Positions 11,302 to 27,644 of a stretch of 64,000 bases of DNA are shown here, piece after piece. The notes below the pieces were generated by a model. It was not told the DNA's origin. It was given only the letters and a program-made list of their open reading frames with translations, and made no database searches. Origin of the DNA: Lophium mytilinum. Lineage: Eukaryota. The stretch spans positions 878,801 to 942,800 of the forward strand of contig MU004184.1 in assembly GCA_010093605.1 (NCBI GenBank), written 5' to 3'. The first letter of the stretch is position 1, and each line of letters opens with the position of its first letter. The position numbers and the translations under genes are program-made.

Positions 11302-12738
11302 ATGACCGGAATACCAGATCTTGCCACCGAAATCCTCGACCTCATTTTCTCATTTCTCACATCTAAATCAGACATCCTCAATACTGCGCTCGTGTGCAAG
11401 CAGTTTCGAGACAGCGCGGAGCCGTTGTTTTACCACGATTATGTGCACGATGGCTCTGACAAGGAAAAAGCGGGCTCTCTCACACCTTTCATTCGGCAAA
11501 TCATCAAGCATCCCGATCTAGCTGCCCGTGTGAAGCACGTGACCCTTCACAGTTGGACATACGGCATAGCGGAAGATCAACAAGTCATCTCAGACGAAGA
11601 CTTGAGCGCCTTTGTGGGGGCTGCACGGGAAGCAAATATCCTCGACCCCACCAAAGAGGTCCACCAATTGATCACGGATGCTGGCATCACAAATCTGATT
11701 GATCCAGACGATGTTGACTGGGAGGACTCCCCGGAGCCTCCTGAAGCTCACGGGGATACGATAAGTGGCCATGACGATGCAGAATGGATCCAACAGATGC
11801 AGCTAGGAATCGAAGAACCCCGAATCATATTATTATTAGCCATACTCCCAGGAATCAAGAGCCTGTCATTTACGAGACTCCCGCGACAGGGAAATCTCTC
11901 CTGGTCCCAGCTGAGACGGGTGCCTCATGGTTTCCGTAATCTGCAAGACATACATTGCACAGCGGAGAATTTTGGATATGGTGCCACACTCTCATGTATT
12001 GGGCACTTGCTGGGAGCGCCTTCACTCAAAAGGTTGTTCATATCGGACGGTGGTCGCACTAGGAGAGATGTTTTGAGCCAAGAACCGACCCCCCTTGATT
12101 TGACACATCTTCCAATCAAAGTTGCGACTTTTGAGCACACGACAGCCGATTTTCGAGTACTCTCACAATTTATTCTTAAGTGTACCAAATTGGAATACCT
12201 CGCCTTTACAGTCACGAACCCGTTTTTTCGGGTTCAACAGATCGATACTCCCCAACTCAAAAACATCATTGATACTCAGAGCAATTCCTTGAAAGACCTC
12301 CGCCTGAGCCTGGATTTGTCAAGAGGCGAACTCGAGCTCGAGCATACTAGACTCGGGTCATTGACTCATTTCAAGAACCTCGTTTTTCTCGAGGCTGAAC
12401 AGTTCCTGCTTCTAGGACGGCCTCGGCAAGTTCCACAGTACAAGCTGAAAGACATTCTACCTTCCTCGCTGAAAGGGCTCAGTATTGGAGGGGCCGACGA
12501 TAATATCACACCTCATCTTTTGGAACTGGCGTCAGTTTGTAGCACGGACTTTGCAAGCCTTGAGTTACTTTGTGTCAGCTTCGCAAGCAACCCTACTAGA
12601 GCAAAGCCCAACCTATCCGTGCCCCTCGGATTTGAAGCGTCAAGCGTGAAGGTGATCTTGGAAACGAATCGGCGATGGCCACGTGATCGTCATCCTGGCC
12701 TGGAAGATTGGTTGAGCAAAACGATGCCAGAACTGTAG
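11302..12738 (+). CDS. F-box protein with LRR/RNI-like C-terminal region
   Basis: N-terminal LATEILDLIFSFL...ILNTALVCKQF F-box pattern, HPDLAARVKHVTL, repeated LxxLxL units, LKDILPSSLKGLSI. Intronless. Confidence 0.75.
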   Translation: MTGIPDLATEILDLIFSFLTSKSDILNTALVCKQFRDSAEPLFYHDYVHDGSDKEKAGSLTPFIRQIIKHPDLAARVKHVTLHSWTYGIAEDQQVISDEDLSAFVGAAREANILDPTKEVHQLITDAGITNLIDPDDVDWEDSPEPPEAHGDTISGHDDAEWIQQMQLGIEEPRIILLLAILPGIKSLSFTRLPRQGNLSWSQLRRVPHGFRNLQDIHCTAENFGYGATLSCIGHLLGAPSLKRLFISDGGRTRRDVLSQEPTPLDLTHLPIKVATFEHTTADFRVLSQFILKCTKLEYLAFTVTNPFFRVQQIDTPQLKNIIDTQSNSLKDLRLSLDLSRGELELEHTRLGSLTHFKNLVFLEAEQFLLLGRPRQVPQYKLKDILPSSLKGLSIGGADDNITPHLLELASVCSTDFASLELLCVSFASNPTRAKPNLSVPLGFEASSVKVILETNRRWPRDRHPGLEDWLSKTMPEL

Positions 12739-13266
12739 TCACGCATGACGGACATGAAAAGGGTGCACACCCAGCAAGTGACAATAGAAAATGACAGTCC
12801 ACAAATCCGGGAGGTATACCCGCTTTTTCCATGCTTGTGCAACCTTGTTATGCACCGCTTGAGGTCCTCCAATATGCTATTGCTACTCCTGAAATACCAG
12901 TTTTGGCAGGCCTGACAGCTCTCCGGATCACGTCAGATGGTGTTGAGCTGCTACAGTGTGCCACCTTTACCCTGCCTACCGTGACCACTTTAGCTCCATG
13001 TAGCACTTTTCTCAAAAATCACAGCGCTTACTATACATGTATCTCCCGGGACTGGATAGAAGCTAAGAGAGTTGCTAGCTAAGGGACATACTACTGGCCT
13101 GTAGAATTCCTTGATTGCGAGCTTCAATCAATGTTAGGATGAAAGGCTGTTGTAACTCAAAGTAGCTAGGGAATCACAGTTCTTGTAACCTTAGGTCCCT
13201 ACAATCCGAAGCTTAGTCTATAGCGATGATCGCTCTGGCTTCGTGCCCACTTGGTTTTTACTAGTA

Positions 13267-13335
13267 CAGTACTAGGACACAAATTTGGGCACATAGATAT
13301 GAGATCCCTGGCTTCTGATCTTGATCGCTCAATAC
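13267..13335 (+). mobile_element. Truncated left end of the same Tc1-like MITE
   Basis: TACAGTACTAGGACACAAATTTGGGCACA (13265-13293) matches TACAGTACTGAGCCATAAGTCTGGGCACA (9390-9418) at 23/29 positions, with weaker similarity continuing for ~40 nt. Confidence 0.5.
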
Positions 13336-13341
13336 CACCGT

Positions 13342-13370
13342 GGGGGGGGGGGGGGGGGGGGGGGGGGGGG
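13342..13370 (+). repeat. G29 homopolymer
   Basis: 29 consecutive G. Confidence 0.95.
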
Positions 13371-13781
13371 TAGGACTGGATGAATGTTTAATGGTGAAGA
13401 AAAACGAGAGAGGCATCACGGCAGAGCTTCTCACCTCCGTGTGGGGAGTGACGTTTTCGTAGACTGTGGAAGGGAGCGTGATCTTTGAGCACAACAGCAC
13501 AGATACGAACATGAGCGTTGAAGAACGACCTAATGCAGCCAAATGACTTTGATAGTACGTATCCAGAGGCTGTTACCTAGAATCGTGAGTCTTCGAGGTC
13601 GGATCAATCCCGCGGCGAAATAGGGCCTTGGCATTTCAGGCGGACTCGCCCCAAGGCACCACCGCGCAGAGCTTCAACCAACATCACCCGCGTCCTGCCC
13701 TTCGAACCTTTCCTCCTTCGTCTCCTCCATGGCTGTGCCGACTCCACGCAGTGAATAACAGAAAGGCAGCACCGACTCGCC

Positions 13782-16088
<2,307 letters not shown>

Positions 16089-16637
16089 GAAGCTCTCGTA
16101 GAGAACGGCTTGTGACTGGCGAACAGGACTTTAGTGGGTCTCTTATGTACTTAGCCAGACGGTCCAGGCTGGCAAGCTGGGCAAGGGACACAAGGCGTGA
16201 GGGCTTTCGTAAAGAGCGACTTGTGACTGGCGACTGGCGCTGGTATGGGATCTTTTTGGCGGGGCGTCGGGTGTAGCTACTACGGGCAATTGCGGGCGGT
16301 CCTATAGGAGCAGTGGCAGTGCAAATGTAGCGACATATCAGCGTATTTCAGCGGTGTGAGTGCTAGGAAGTCCGGCGGTGGTGGTGAATGGCGTGAGTAT
16401 TGGCAGCCGGGAGTCGGCTGTCCGAGAGACGTTTGGGTGGGACAGCGCCGAGAGCAAAGCTGACGAGTCGCGCGAGCTAGCCAGGGGCAACCGTGCGTCT
16501 CAACTTTAATCGTGCCGCTGCCTGCAGGGGCCTAGTAGTAACCAAATTATTGTTCACCGAGATCTGTACAAAACCCTCATCCTTCCCGGCACCTTTCAAG
16601 CCGCACCCTCCTGCTCTTACTCTCTGTCGCCTCTGCT

Positions 16638-18355
<1,718 letters not shown>

Positions 18356-18908
18356 TAATATCTAATGGTTTGCTGGATCGGGGCGTTGGCATAGGTAGAC
18401 GATGCCATGCGAAGGGCATGTAGATACGTGGGTTAAAAAGACTTAATAATACTGAATCATTCTCAAGACTTACGTTCGTTCGAAATCTCACCTTCCAGAA
18501 TCTGGAAACAGTGGGATACGGACAGACACTACGGCATACTCAAGCTGAGTACGGGACTATGACGACGTCTCGTATTGATAGGGCGCCACACTGAATCTTC
18601 TTACCTGACTGTGGTTGAATAGGCTCCTTCACCTGACTGTTGTGCGACACATCCACGGTCCAGAACATATCTTATATGAAATGACAAAACATGGACATTC
18701 TCGAAGATCCCGTCCTACATTTCAATCGGCGTCTCACCCTATAAGGTGCCTCGAAACAAAGCCTCCGTCTTGCCAAGCATATGGCGTTCTTCATTTCGTA
18801 TTCGACAACCACCAACCGTCATTAGAACAAGTCAACCCCTCTTCTACTAACGCCCATCCAGCCTTTCCTACCACCTTCACAATAACACACATACACATAA
18901 GCAGCAAC

Positions 18909-19781
18909 ATGGCAGCCAACTCCACCATCTGCCACAACCTAAACCGCATCCCGCACACAAACCCCGAAAGCAGCATCTTCGGCTTCGCCGTCCCCTGGGC
19001 TATCGCCTTCTTCTTCGCCGCCGCCGCCATCAGCTCCGCATCGGACGCCGCCTACCTCGCCAACGATGAAGCCGCAGCGACATCCTCGGCGACTGATAGC
19101 ATCCCCGACGACGCGCCCTCTGATAGCATCCCCAACGACACGCTCTCTACTAAAGAACTCAAGCAGCCTATCCCCTCGAGCAAAGCCAAAAGCAGCGCCC
19201 TCATCTCAACAACGATATGCCTCCTCGTCGCCTCCCCCGCCTTCGCGAACCAGATCCTCGGCCTGCTGGAACTCGATTACTGCCGACCGCCCGCGGCGCA
19301 GGAGCACTGGTGGCTCACGTTCGTCCCTGGCGCGGGGAATCCGTGGGGCGCGACGTTCTTTTACCTCGGGACACCGCTCTTCGTTGCCGCTGTCGCGTGG
19401 CTGAAAACGGTAGTCAATGTTGTGGCGGGGAGGCGGGGGGTGTATTATGATGATGGGCGGTGGCATCATCACCTTGGGCTACATGTCGCGAAGGGCGCGG
19501 TCGTTGCGCCGTTTGTGGTGGTGGTGTTGGTAGTTTATGCGGTGGGGTTGCTGGTGGTGGGGACGGGATTGAAAGGGGTGGGGAGGAGGTGTCGTAGCGT
19601 AGTAAGATTTGTATGGTGCATGATTACGGATGTGCAAGAGATGGCGAGGTGGATAAGGGGTAGGTTGGGGATGGATAGGGAGAGGGGTGGGGAGGAGAGG
19701 GCGCTTTTGGGGGTTGGGGAGGATGGAGGGATGGCTTCTGAGGAGACAGGCAACGGAATGGTGATGGATACGGTTAAGTGA
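18909..19781 (+). CDS. Hypothetical multi-pass membrane protein
   Basis: ATG in CAACATGG context. About four hydrophobic segments. Internal 27-bp tandem repeat encoding TDSIPDDAP/SDSIPNDTL (~19092-19150). Confidence 0.6.
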   Translation: MAANSTICHNLNRIPHTNPESSIFGFAVPWAIAFFFAAAAISSASDAAYLANDEAAATSSATDSIPDDAPSDSIPNDTLSTKELKQPIPSSKAKSSALISTTICLLVASPAFANQILGLLELDYCRPPAAQEHWWLTFVPGAGNPWGATFFYLGTPLFVAAVAWLKTVVNVVAGRRGVYYDDGRWHHHLGLHVAKGAVVAPFVVVVLVVYAVGLLVVGTGLKGVGRRCRSVVRFVWCMITDVQEMARWIRGRLGMDRERGGEERALLGVGEDGGMASEETGNGMVMDTVK

Positions 19782-20839
19782 TGTTTAGGGCGTTCAGTTT
19801 AGGTTGAGATATACTGTTTCAAGTCATGTCACGCCTGGTGATTGTGATCTGAAACCTTTCGGCACTATCATACTTCAAGTTCAGTACAGAAGGCACAATA
19901 GCACAAAGGTACATAGGGTATGAGCATCCCATCATGTGTTGTGTGATACTGCAATACCTCGTTTCGTAAGATCACGTCAAATGCTATGCTCCCTGTGACA
20001 CCCTCATACTGCAGAATCCGCCCGGATCAAACCGAACCCATGGAGCCGGTCAGCGGGCAAACATTTAGATTGATAGCTAGTTTCAAGGCTCGTCGGGAAG
20101 CTGCTCCGCTTTTCCAGGTCCTCCACGTGTGCTGGAATAAAGCATGGGACACCCCTTCAGCTCGGGCAGCAAGCGGGGATCAAAGCCGGACCGAATCATC
20201 GCTCGTTCCTGAATGCGTTGCGAGAGCATGGCGACGCCAGTGTTTGCCAGGAATTTCCAGCACATTCGTCAGTGTGACGCGATCGGTATCAAATGCCTTG
20301 CCGTTTTGGGTGGAAGGCGCATTCAGACTGTTCTGGAGGGTTCGTCGAGGCTCAGCGGTGGTACAACCTATATACTGTGTCCTCTCAGGTACTGTGCGAG
20401 TGTGAGGCTGTGTTGGAGTCTTAAAGGATGTGTTTAGCGGCACAGCGGAAGAAGCACGAGTCTAGGCGTCTGAAACACCTGAAACTGAGATCCGCGGGCC
20501 GACGTCATCGCTAAGAATAATAGAACGTTGCATGACAGGAGCGGTGCGGCGACGGATCCACGGTTACTACTGCTAGGTCCTTCCAAAACCCCGGAAATCA
20601 GGGAATAGAACACGCAAGGCTGATTGTTTGCTGTCGACCTCCACCCCAACGCCAAGCGCGGGATTTTGGTGTAAGGTGATATCCCTCCATCGCTCTCCCA
20701 GCGACCCAACTCTTCTTGCTCAGCACAACTTTTACACCCGGCTCCTACAGCAAAACTCGTACGGTTCTGCTTCTTTCATTGTTCGCAAGACGCGTCCACA
20801 ACTACAGCTTCTCGCCGGGTGCCTCTGCCCCTCAACACC

Positions 20840-23816
20840 ATGACGACCTTCGTAGTCTCACTGTGAGTCCCTCTAATTTATGCTTTCCTCACTCCGCCGA
20901 ATATCACGCCCCAGTCAAAGTGTACTCTGGACTAATGACCTCTCTATACAGCTTCCTGCCTTACACTGTCGACTTCCACGATCTTCCCACGCCGAAACGC
21001 CAATTAAGCCCGCCCGTCCGGCCTCTTACTTCCTCGGCTCGCAAAGAACCCAAGATCGAATTGCCCGAGAAGAAGGCCAGCCTTTTCTCCGTGCCCACAC
21101 CTCCAAAAACACCCGCCGCCGCGGACTATGCCGAGTTCTTCAGCCAATTGCAGCCCAGCGCCGCCACTCATTTCCCCAAGCCTCACGACCCTCGTTCCTT
21201 AGTTCGAAGCGATTCACACATACCAGAATGGGGCGGCACTCTGTTCTTTAATCAACCGCGCTCGCAAGCGGTCCCCGCGCCACCTGATACCATCTTGGAA
21301 TATGCAAAGGCGCAGGAGCGAGCCAAGGCAGTAAAGACCCGTCCTGCTGGTCGATCTCCCAACCCGAGCGCAAGGCATCATTCAAAATCGAGAGACCGCA
21401 GCAAGGACAAGGGCGCATGGGACTCTCAATGGACAGTGGAGCCTGCTGTTCAAGGCAACGGAGGCCTGGCCAACGCAATCAGGGCTGCAATCGATGCTGG
21501 CAGCATTGGCGACGTTAATTGGGTTGGCTTAATAGGCTTCCCTACCGATTCACTGGGCGATGAAATCAAGGACGAGATCCACGAGAGACTGGAGTCAGAC
21601 CTCGACTCGTTGACGGTGTTCGTCAGCGATACCGATTTGGACGGTCACTATGCCCACTTTTGCAAGACTATCCTCTGGCCAGTCTTCAACTATCAGATTC
21701 CTGACCACCCCAAGAGCAAGGCCTACGAGGACCATTCCTGGGTCTTCTACGTCCACCTGAACCAAGCCTTCGCCGACAAGGTGATAAAAAGCTACAAGCG
21801 GGGAGACATCATTTGGGTTCACGACTACCATCTCCTTCTCGTCCCTGCAATGATCAGGAAGAAGCTCCCTGATGCGCAAATTGGCTTCTTCTTGCATACT
21901 GCGTTCCCTTCTTCGGAAGTTTTTAGGTGCCTGGCTACCCGGAAGGAGCTTCTTGAGGGAATGCTGGGTGCCAATCTGGTCGCTTTCCAGACTCGAGAAT
22001 AGTAAGAATGATCTGTTCGTCGGTTTTTGGATACCAAGGCTAACTAGTAATAGCGCCCACCATTTTCTTCAAACATGCTCTCGTCTTCTGACCGTTGAAG
22101 CTACGGAAGACGGTGTTCAGCTGGAACACCACTTTGTGAACGTCGCGTCTTTCCCCATTGGTATCGACCCGAAAGGACTAAGCCTCGCACGAGAAGACGA
22201 GGAGGTTATGGACTGGATAAAGGTCATGCAGGAGCGATATCACGACAAGTTTCTGATTGTAGCCCGTGATAAGCTCGACAACATTCGAGGAGTACGGCAG
22301 AAGCTCTTAGCGTTTGAACTATTCCTCAACAAATATCCCGAATGGAGAGAAAAGGTATGTGCCACTACACTTCGTTTAGGGTGCGCATGACTGATGAAAC
22401 AGGTGGTGCTCATTCAAGTTGCAACATCGACTACTGAGAATTCCGAGCTCGCTGCTACAGTGTCCGAGATCGTCACCCGGATTGAGTCTGTCCATTCCAC
22501 GTTAGCTCACCAGCCACTGGTCTTCTTGATGCAAGATATTCCGTTCTCGCAGTATCTTGCGTTGCTCTCAGTCGCCGACGTTCTTATGGTAACGAGCCTT
22601 CGAGAAGGCATGAATCTCACTTGTCACGAATACGTCTATTGTCAGGATGGGAAACAAAGCGACAAGAAGCATGGGCCTATCATCCTAAGTGAATTCACTG
22701 GGAGTGCTGCTGTCTTCGAGGGCAACGAATTATCAATCAATCCTTGGGACTACCAAAAGTGCGCCGAGGCCATCAAGCTCGCCTTGGAAATGGAGCCTGC
22801 GGAGAAGGACCGGCGATACAACAAAATTCGCGATATCGTTATGCATCATACGGGAGCATATTGGGTCGCCAATCTGACGAAAGAACTTGCCAAGGTTCAC
22901 GATGAGCATTTCCGAAATGATACAATGTCCATTCCTCGCCTTTCTGCCATAAACCTGGGCGAACGGTACAAAAAGTCTGACAAGAGATTATTCCTGCTCG
23001 ATTATGAAGGAACACTGGCATCCTATGGATCGGTCACCAACATTGTTCTCTCAAGCCCCCAGCGAGTCATTGAGGCACTCAACGATTTGATCTCGGACGA
23101 TAGAAACATAGTCTACGTCATGAGCAGTCGTACTATCGAAGAGCTGCAACTCATCTTCGATCGGGTTCCTGGGCTAGGACTCATCGCAGAAAATGGATGC
23201 TTCGTCCGGGAATATGGTGGACCAGACGAGTGGATCGAGTTTTCCGATGGAGAAGTAACTAAGAAATGGAAAGAGTCCGTGTTGGGTATTCTCAAGTACT
23301 ATGAAGAACGTGTCGAAGGCAGTTGGATTGAGGAACGACGATGCTCGCTGATCTTTCACTACGAGAAAGCCGACGAGTACGACGCTGCAAATCGGCAAGC
23401 GGGCGATTGTGCAAATCACATCAACGACGCTTGCGAGAGCCAGCGCGTGCGAGCCATTCCCACGAAAGATACCGTCTGTGTCGAGCCAATGGATTGGGAC
23501 AAGAGCACCGCGGCTACTCATATCCTCAACAACCTTCGACAGCACGGACTTCCTGATTTCTTGATGGTAGCAGGCAATGACCGAGACGATGAGATTCTCT
23601 TCCGCTGGGCCAATGAGATTGACGAAAGCAAGACTATTCCGAACGTCACCACGGTCAGCGTTGGAAACAGAAACACAGTGGCAAAGGCGACTTTGACGCA
23701 AGGCACTACTGGTGAGTATTCTTCGACTGCTGCTATCTTGCCCACTCTCTATGTGCTAGCTAACGAAATATCCAGGTCTTCTTTCAGCTTTAGGCCGACT
23801 CTCGAAACTTGGCTAG
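20840..23816 (+). CDS. tps3: Trehalose synthase complex regulatory subunit (GT20 + HAD-like domain; Tps3/Tsl1-type)
   Basis: MTTFVVSL|FLPYTVDF, GNGGL, ILWPVFNYQ, IWVHDYHLLLVP, IGFFLHTAFPSSEVFR, REGMNL. HAD motif reads DYEGTL rather than the DYDGTL of catalytic Tps2. Four introns. Confidence 0.88.
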
Positions 23817-24770
23817 GATGAACACGGACTCCGACGGGATTTGGCCCATCTCCCAACTCCCCCTAGAGCTTCTTTCCCTCAAAATTGCTATGAATCGTTC
23901 TGAATTCTCACCCTATACCCCTTTGTATCAAAACCCCCTGTTTCATTAAGTAACATTACTACGAATGAGACGGATCACAGACAGCGCTTAGCGACAGCAA
24001 TGGCGTAAACAGGATGTACATGAAGTGTAACACAAGCCACGAAATCCATAGAACTATCCAACCTGTCTTCCGTGCATCAATCTGCCAAAAAACTGCCATC
24101 GCAATGGTTCTTTATGAGTGCTTAATTGCCGATAGTACGTATGTTCGGGGGACAAAGGGTGGAGTCAGAATGCGTTTATGTTCCAGGCCTGCTCTGTGTC
24201 AAAACAGATCTATCTAGTGTAGCACAAATAACCAAGCACACGACATTAGAGGGCTTTGACGGTCTTCATCTTAAAGCCATCCTTTCTACCCTCTCATGAC
24301 TCACCTCCTGGCAGGCTCTACACAACGAGAACGCAAGCAAGTATGAAACTCCAAAGTCGTACAATTGTGCCTCAGCCCTAGAAAAGCATTCAGCTCTCAA
24401 CAGGACAAGTTCCCCACCCGCAATCTCCACACCTCAAGCATAGCCAACAGCGGGGCCGAGCCGGAGTTCTCGCGCGATGTTACACCGTGTCCGAAAGGCA
24501 CATGGAGGGCTGCGTGTAGCATGATGCAAGGCACCGGACAGCTGCTGACTTAACATACGAACCCCTCCTACTCTATCCATTGGAGGAAAAAAATCTCCCC
24601 AGCCAGCTGCGGGGGAACACCCTATTAAGGCAACGAGATCGGAGAGCGAATTTCGTGCCGACGTTGGCGTCGTCGAGGTAGAGGTTTAAAAGGTCGGTGG
24701 TTCCCCGAGTTGCCAAACGCCCTTCCCGCTGCACGCCGTCGATCCCCCGCAATTTCGGCAACTCTTCCCC

Positions 24771-26514
24771 ATGGCGCCATCACGATTCTTGCTTGGAGTC
24801 GTCGTCGCGGCTGCGAGTATTTCTGGGGCTGGAGGCCAGGCGCCGACGTTTGCTGTGGCGCTGGCGGGTTGGAATGCGGTGGTGGTTGATGCGAGGCCAG
24901 TGAACGCGGGTGGAGTTCTCCTGGAATCGTTTATTTCGTACTCGATTGAACTGGCTTTCTTTCCGGATTTCGCGGGGAATTTGTCGAGCCCGAATGCTTT
25001 CTCGAATACGCTGCTTGAGAATATCAAGGAGTTTTCGGGGACGAAGCCGTATATTCGTGTTGGAGGGAATACTCAGTATGCAACTCTAGCTTTGGAAGGC
25101 CGATTCTTTTCATACGTGAAGAAGATTGCTAATCTGTGTGATAGGGATTATGCTATCTATGATCCGTCTCTAGAAGTAGCTACGGAGGGGATTGTCGATC
25201 CGGCGAAATCACCAGACTATCCAACGACTTTGTCGATCGGACCGTCGTTCTTCGAATCGTACTCGACGTGGCCAGACACGAAGTTCATCCACGGCTTCAA
25301 TCTCGGAAGGAACAGCACCGCAGCACGCGAAAGCCTGATTGCCAGTGTCCCTCTAGCCTGCAAAGCATTGAGCGGAGGAAAGCTGCTCTACTGGGAACTG
25401 GGCAACGAGCCTGATCTCTTCAAGACTTCTTCTCAGGGGCCAGTACGACCATCCAACTGGACGGAGGCCGATTACGTCGCAGAGTGGAATTCAGTCACAG
25501 CAGATATCCGCGCCGCCATGCAGAAATCAAACCCAGACTTCGCCAGCTCCAGCAACTTCAAATGGATCGCGCCCTCATTCGGCGGCGTAGGCAACAGCCT
25601 CAAAGCAGTCCCCACATGGCAAGACGGCCTGGACACCTCAGGCTCCATCGCCCTCTTCTCCTCCCACAAGTAAGAACCCCCATCCCTCACCCTCCACCAA
25701 CCCCCTAACAAGGTGTAGCTACATCGCCGGCGCCACCCAACCCGGCATCACCCTCCAAGGCACCCTACTGAACCACACCGCCACGACCATCAGCGTCGCC
25801 AAGCACAACCTCGAAGCCCGCAACCTCACCGGCGCCGGCATGCGCCTCCCCTACATCCTCGGCGAGACAAATTCTCTCTACAACCAAGGCGCCCCCGGCC
25901 TCTCAAACTCCTTCGGCGCCGCGCTATGGAACGTCGACTTCGCCCTCTACTGCGCGGCCACGGGCATCGCGCGCGTGCACATGCATATGGGCACCGACTA
26001 CCGCTACGCCGCGTGGCAGCCGCTCACAACCGTGAAGACGCAGATCGGGACCAAGCCGCCGTACTACGGGAACGTGGCGGTGGCGGCGGCGTTGGGGGAT
26101 CTGACGAGAGGGCGCGGGGTGAGGGTGGGGAGTTTGCCGCTTGGGGATGGGGTGACGGCGGCGGGGTATGCGGTGTATGACGGGGAGGTGTTGGTGAGGG
26201 TGATGGTGGTGGATTTGAAGGGGTGGAATTATACGATTGGGACCCACCCACCCAGGCCGGAGACGGTGTATGCGTTTAAGCTGCCGACGGGGTGTAAGGG
26301 CGTGGGTGTTGTGCAGCGGTTGATGGCGAATGGGAGTGATGCGGTGGAGGCGGTGACGTTTAATGGGCGGAGTTATGATTACGAGAGGGAAAAGGGCAGG
26401 CCGGTGGTTATTGGGGGGGTGGCGAGGGATGAGGTGGTGTGGGTTGGGGAGGATGGGGGGGTTAGTGTTGTGCTGCCGTGGTCGTCGGCGGCGCTGGTGC
26501 AGTTGAGTTGTTGA
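24771..26514 (+). CDS. Secreted glycoside hydrolase family 79 (beta-glucuronidase-like)
   Basis: Signal peptide, SYSIE..FFPDFAGN, IRVGGNT, acid/base WELGNEPD, nucleophile ILGETNS, KPPYYG. Introns 25076-25144 and ~25670-25718. Confidence 0.9.
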
Positions 26515-27644
26515 GACGGAAGGTGTACGTACTGTACAGTTGTAGGAAGAGTCTGATGGATTAGGAACTGACGTCCGAAGAATCAAAAGACAGAAAACAG
26601 ATTCAGTTAGTACAAACTTGTGCATTCTCGGATTATTGCCTGAAATGGATACCTGGAATTCCCTCAATTCCGCCCCACCCCTTCCCCTCCAAGTCTCGTC
26701 TTTCACCTCCCGTGTGCTGGGAAGAATGCAAGTCATGTCTCGTCTCGGCTCGGCTCCTTCCGGCACCCGTTTCACTACAGTAAGTGCCGGGATATTCCAA
26801 CTGCACGTATGTAGCGAAAAGTGGAGTTTCCGGAAGCTTGCGGTTCGGTGATCTTCGGTTCGTACGAAGTACTACAGCTTAAATGTGGAGGTATAATAAC
26901 CTCGTCCCCCACCTCACTTCTTCCCTCAAATCGTGGTATCGATTTCATTCTGCCGAATTGCTGCTTGCTGGCAATTCTTTCTTCAGTCCTATTCAATCTG
27001 CGTTGCATTTAGTCCTTCCTGATGCAGATGTGATTTCCAGTCCTGGCCGTTCATGGGTGGCCTTGAAACAGGTTGCCTTGCAAGGAGGATTCTCCGGCGG
27101 CTACTAAAGTCACCCAGCTTCAAATCAACCTCATCTCGTCCAGATTTCTTTTTCCTCTTTTCACTTTTCAAGTCACAGGACTCAAACGAGACAGGGCCAA
27201 GACATTTCATCAGCGCAATTCGACTTTCATTCAGCGCTCACTCCACCATCGCGCTTCGCTCTTTCTGAGGGGTATATAGAGAAGAGTGTGTGCATGCCGT
27301 AGCCACGGCCACCGGAAGTATGATACAACCAACGGACACCACCGCCAATCGCTCGAACCACATATCTGCCACCCGCGACTCCAACAGACCGTACATTAGG
27401 AAAACCTTGGGCCACATGAGACCTGTCTAAATCTAAGTGATAGGTGCAAAGGAAAAGAGCGGAAAAACGTATTAAAAGAGAATACTGGCAGCTGCGCTTC
27501 TCCTATCCAGGAGTAAACGAGTGGTGTAATGGCACGAAAGACATCCGCACAACGCCGTTGCAATGCGATGCAAGATATAACCGTTTCTGCGAATGAAATC
27601 GCCGGGGTATCTGGAGATGGACTGGAAAGAGGTGCATGGTATAA

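Noticed and set aside
16408..16424. CGG-N11-CCG in the cyp51 upstream region as a Zn2Cys6 site
   Set aside because: A single low-information match in GC-rich DNA that cannot be supported without conservation data.
25924..26775. 283-aa His/Pro/Arg-rich minus-strand ORF
   Set aside because: By-product of the G-rich 3' end of the GH79 gene.
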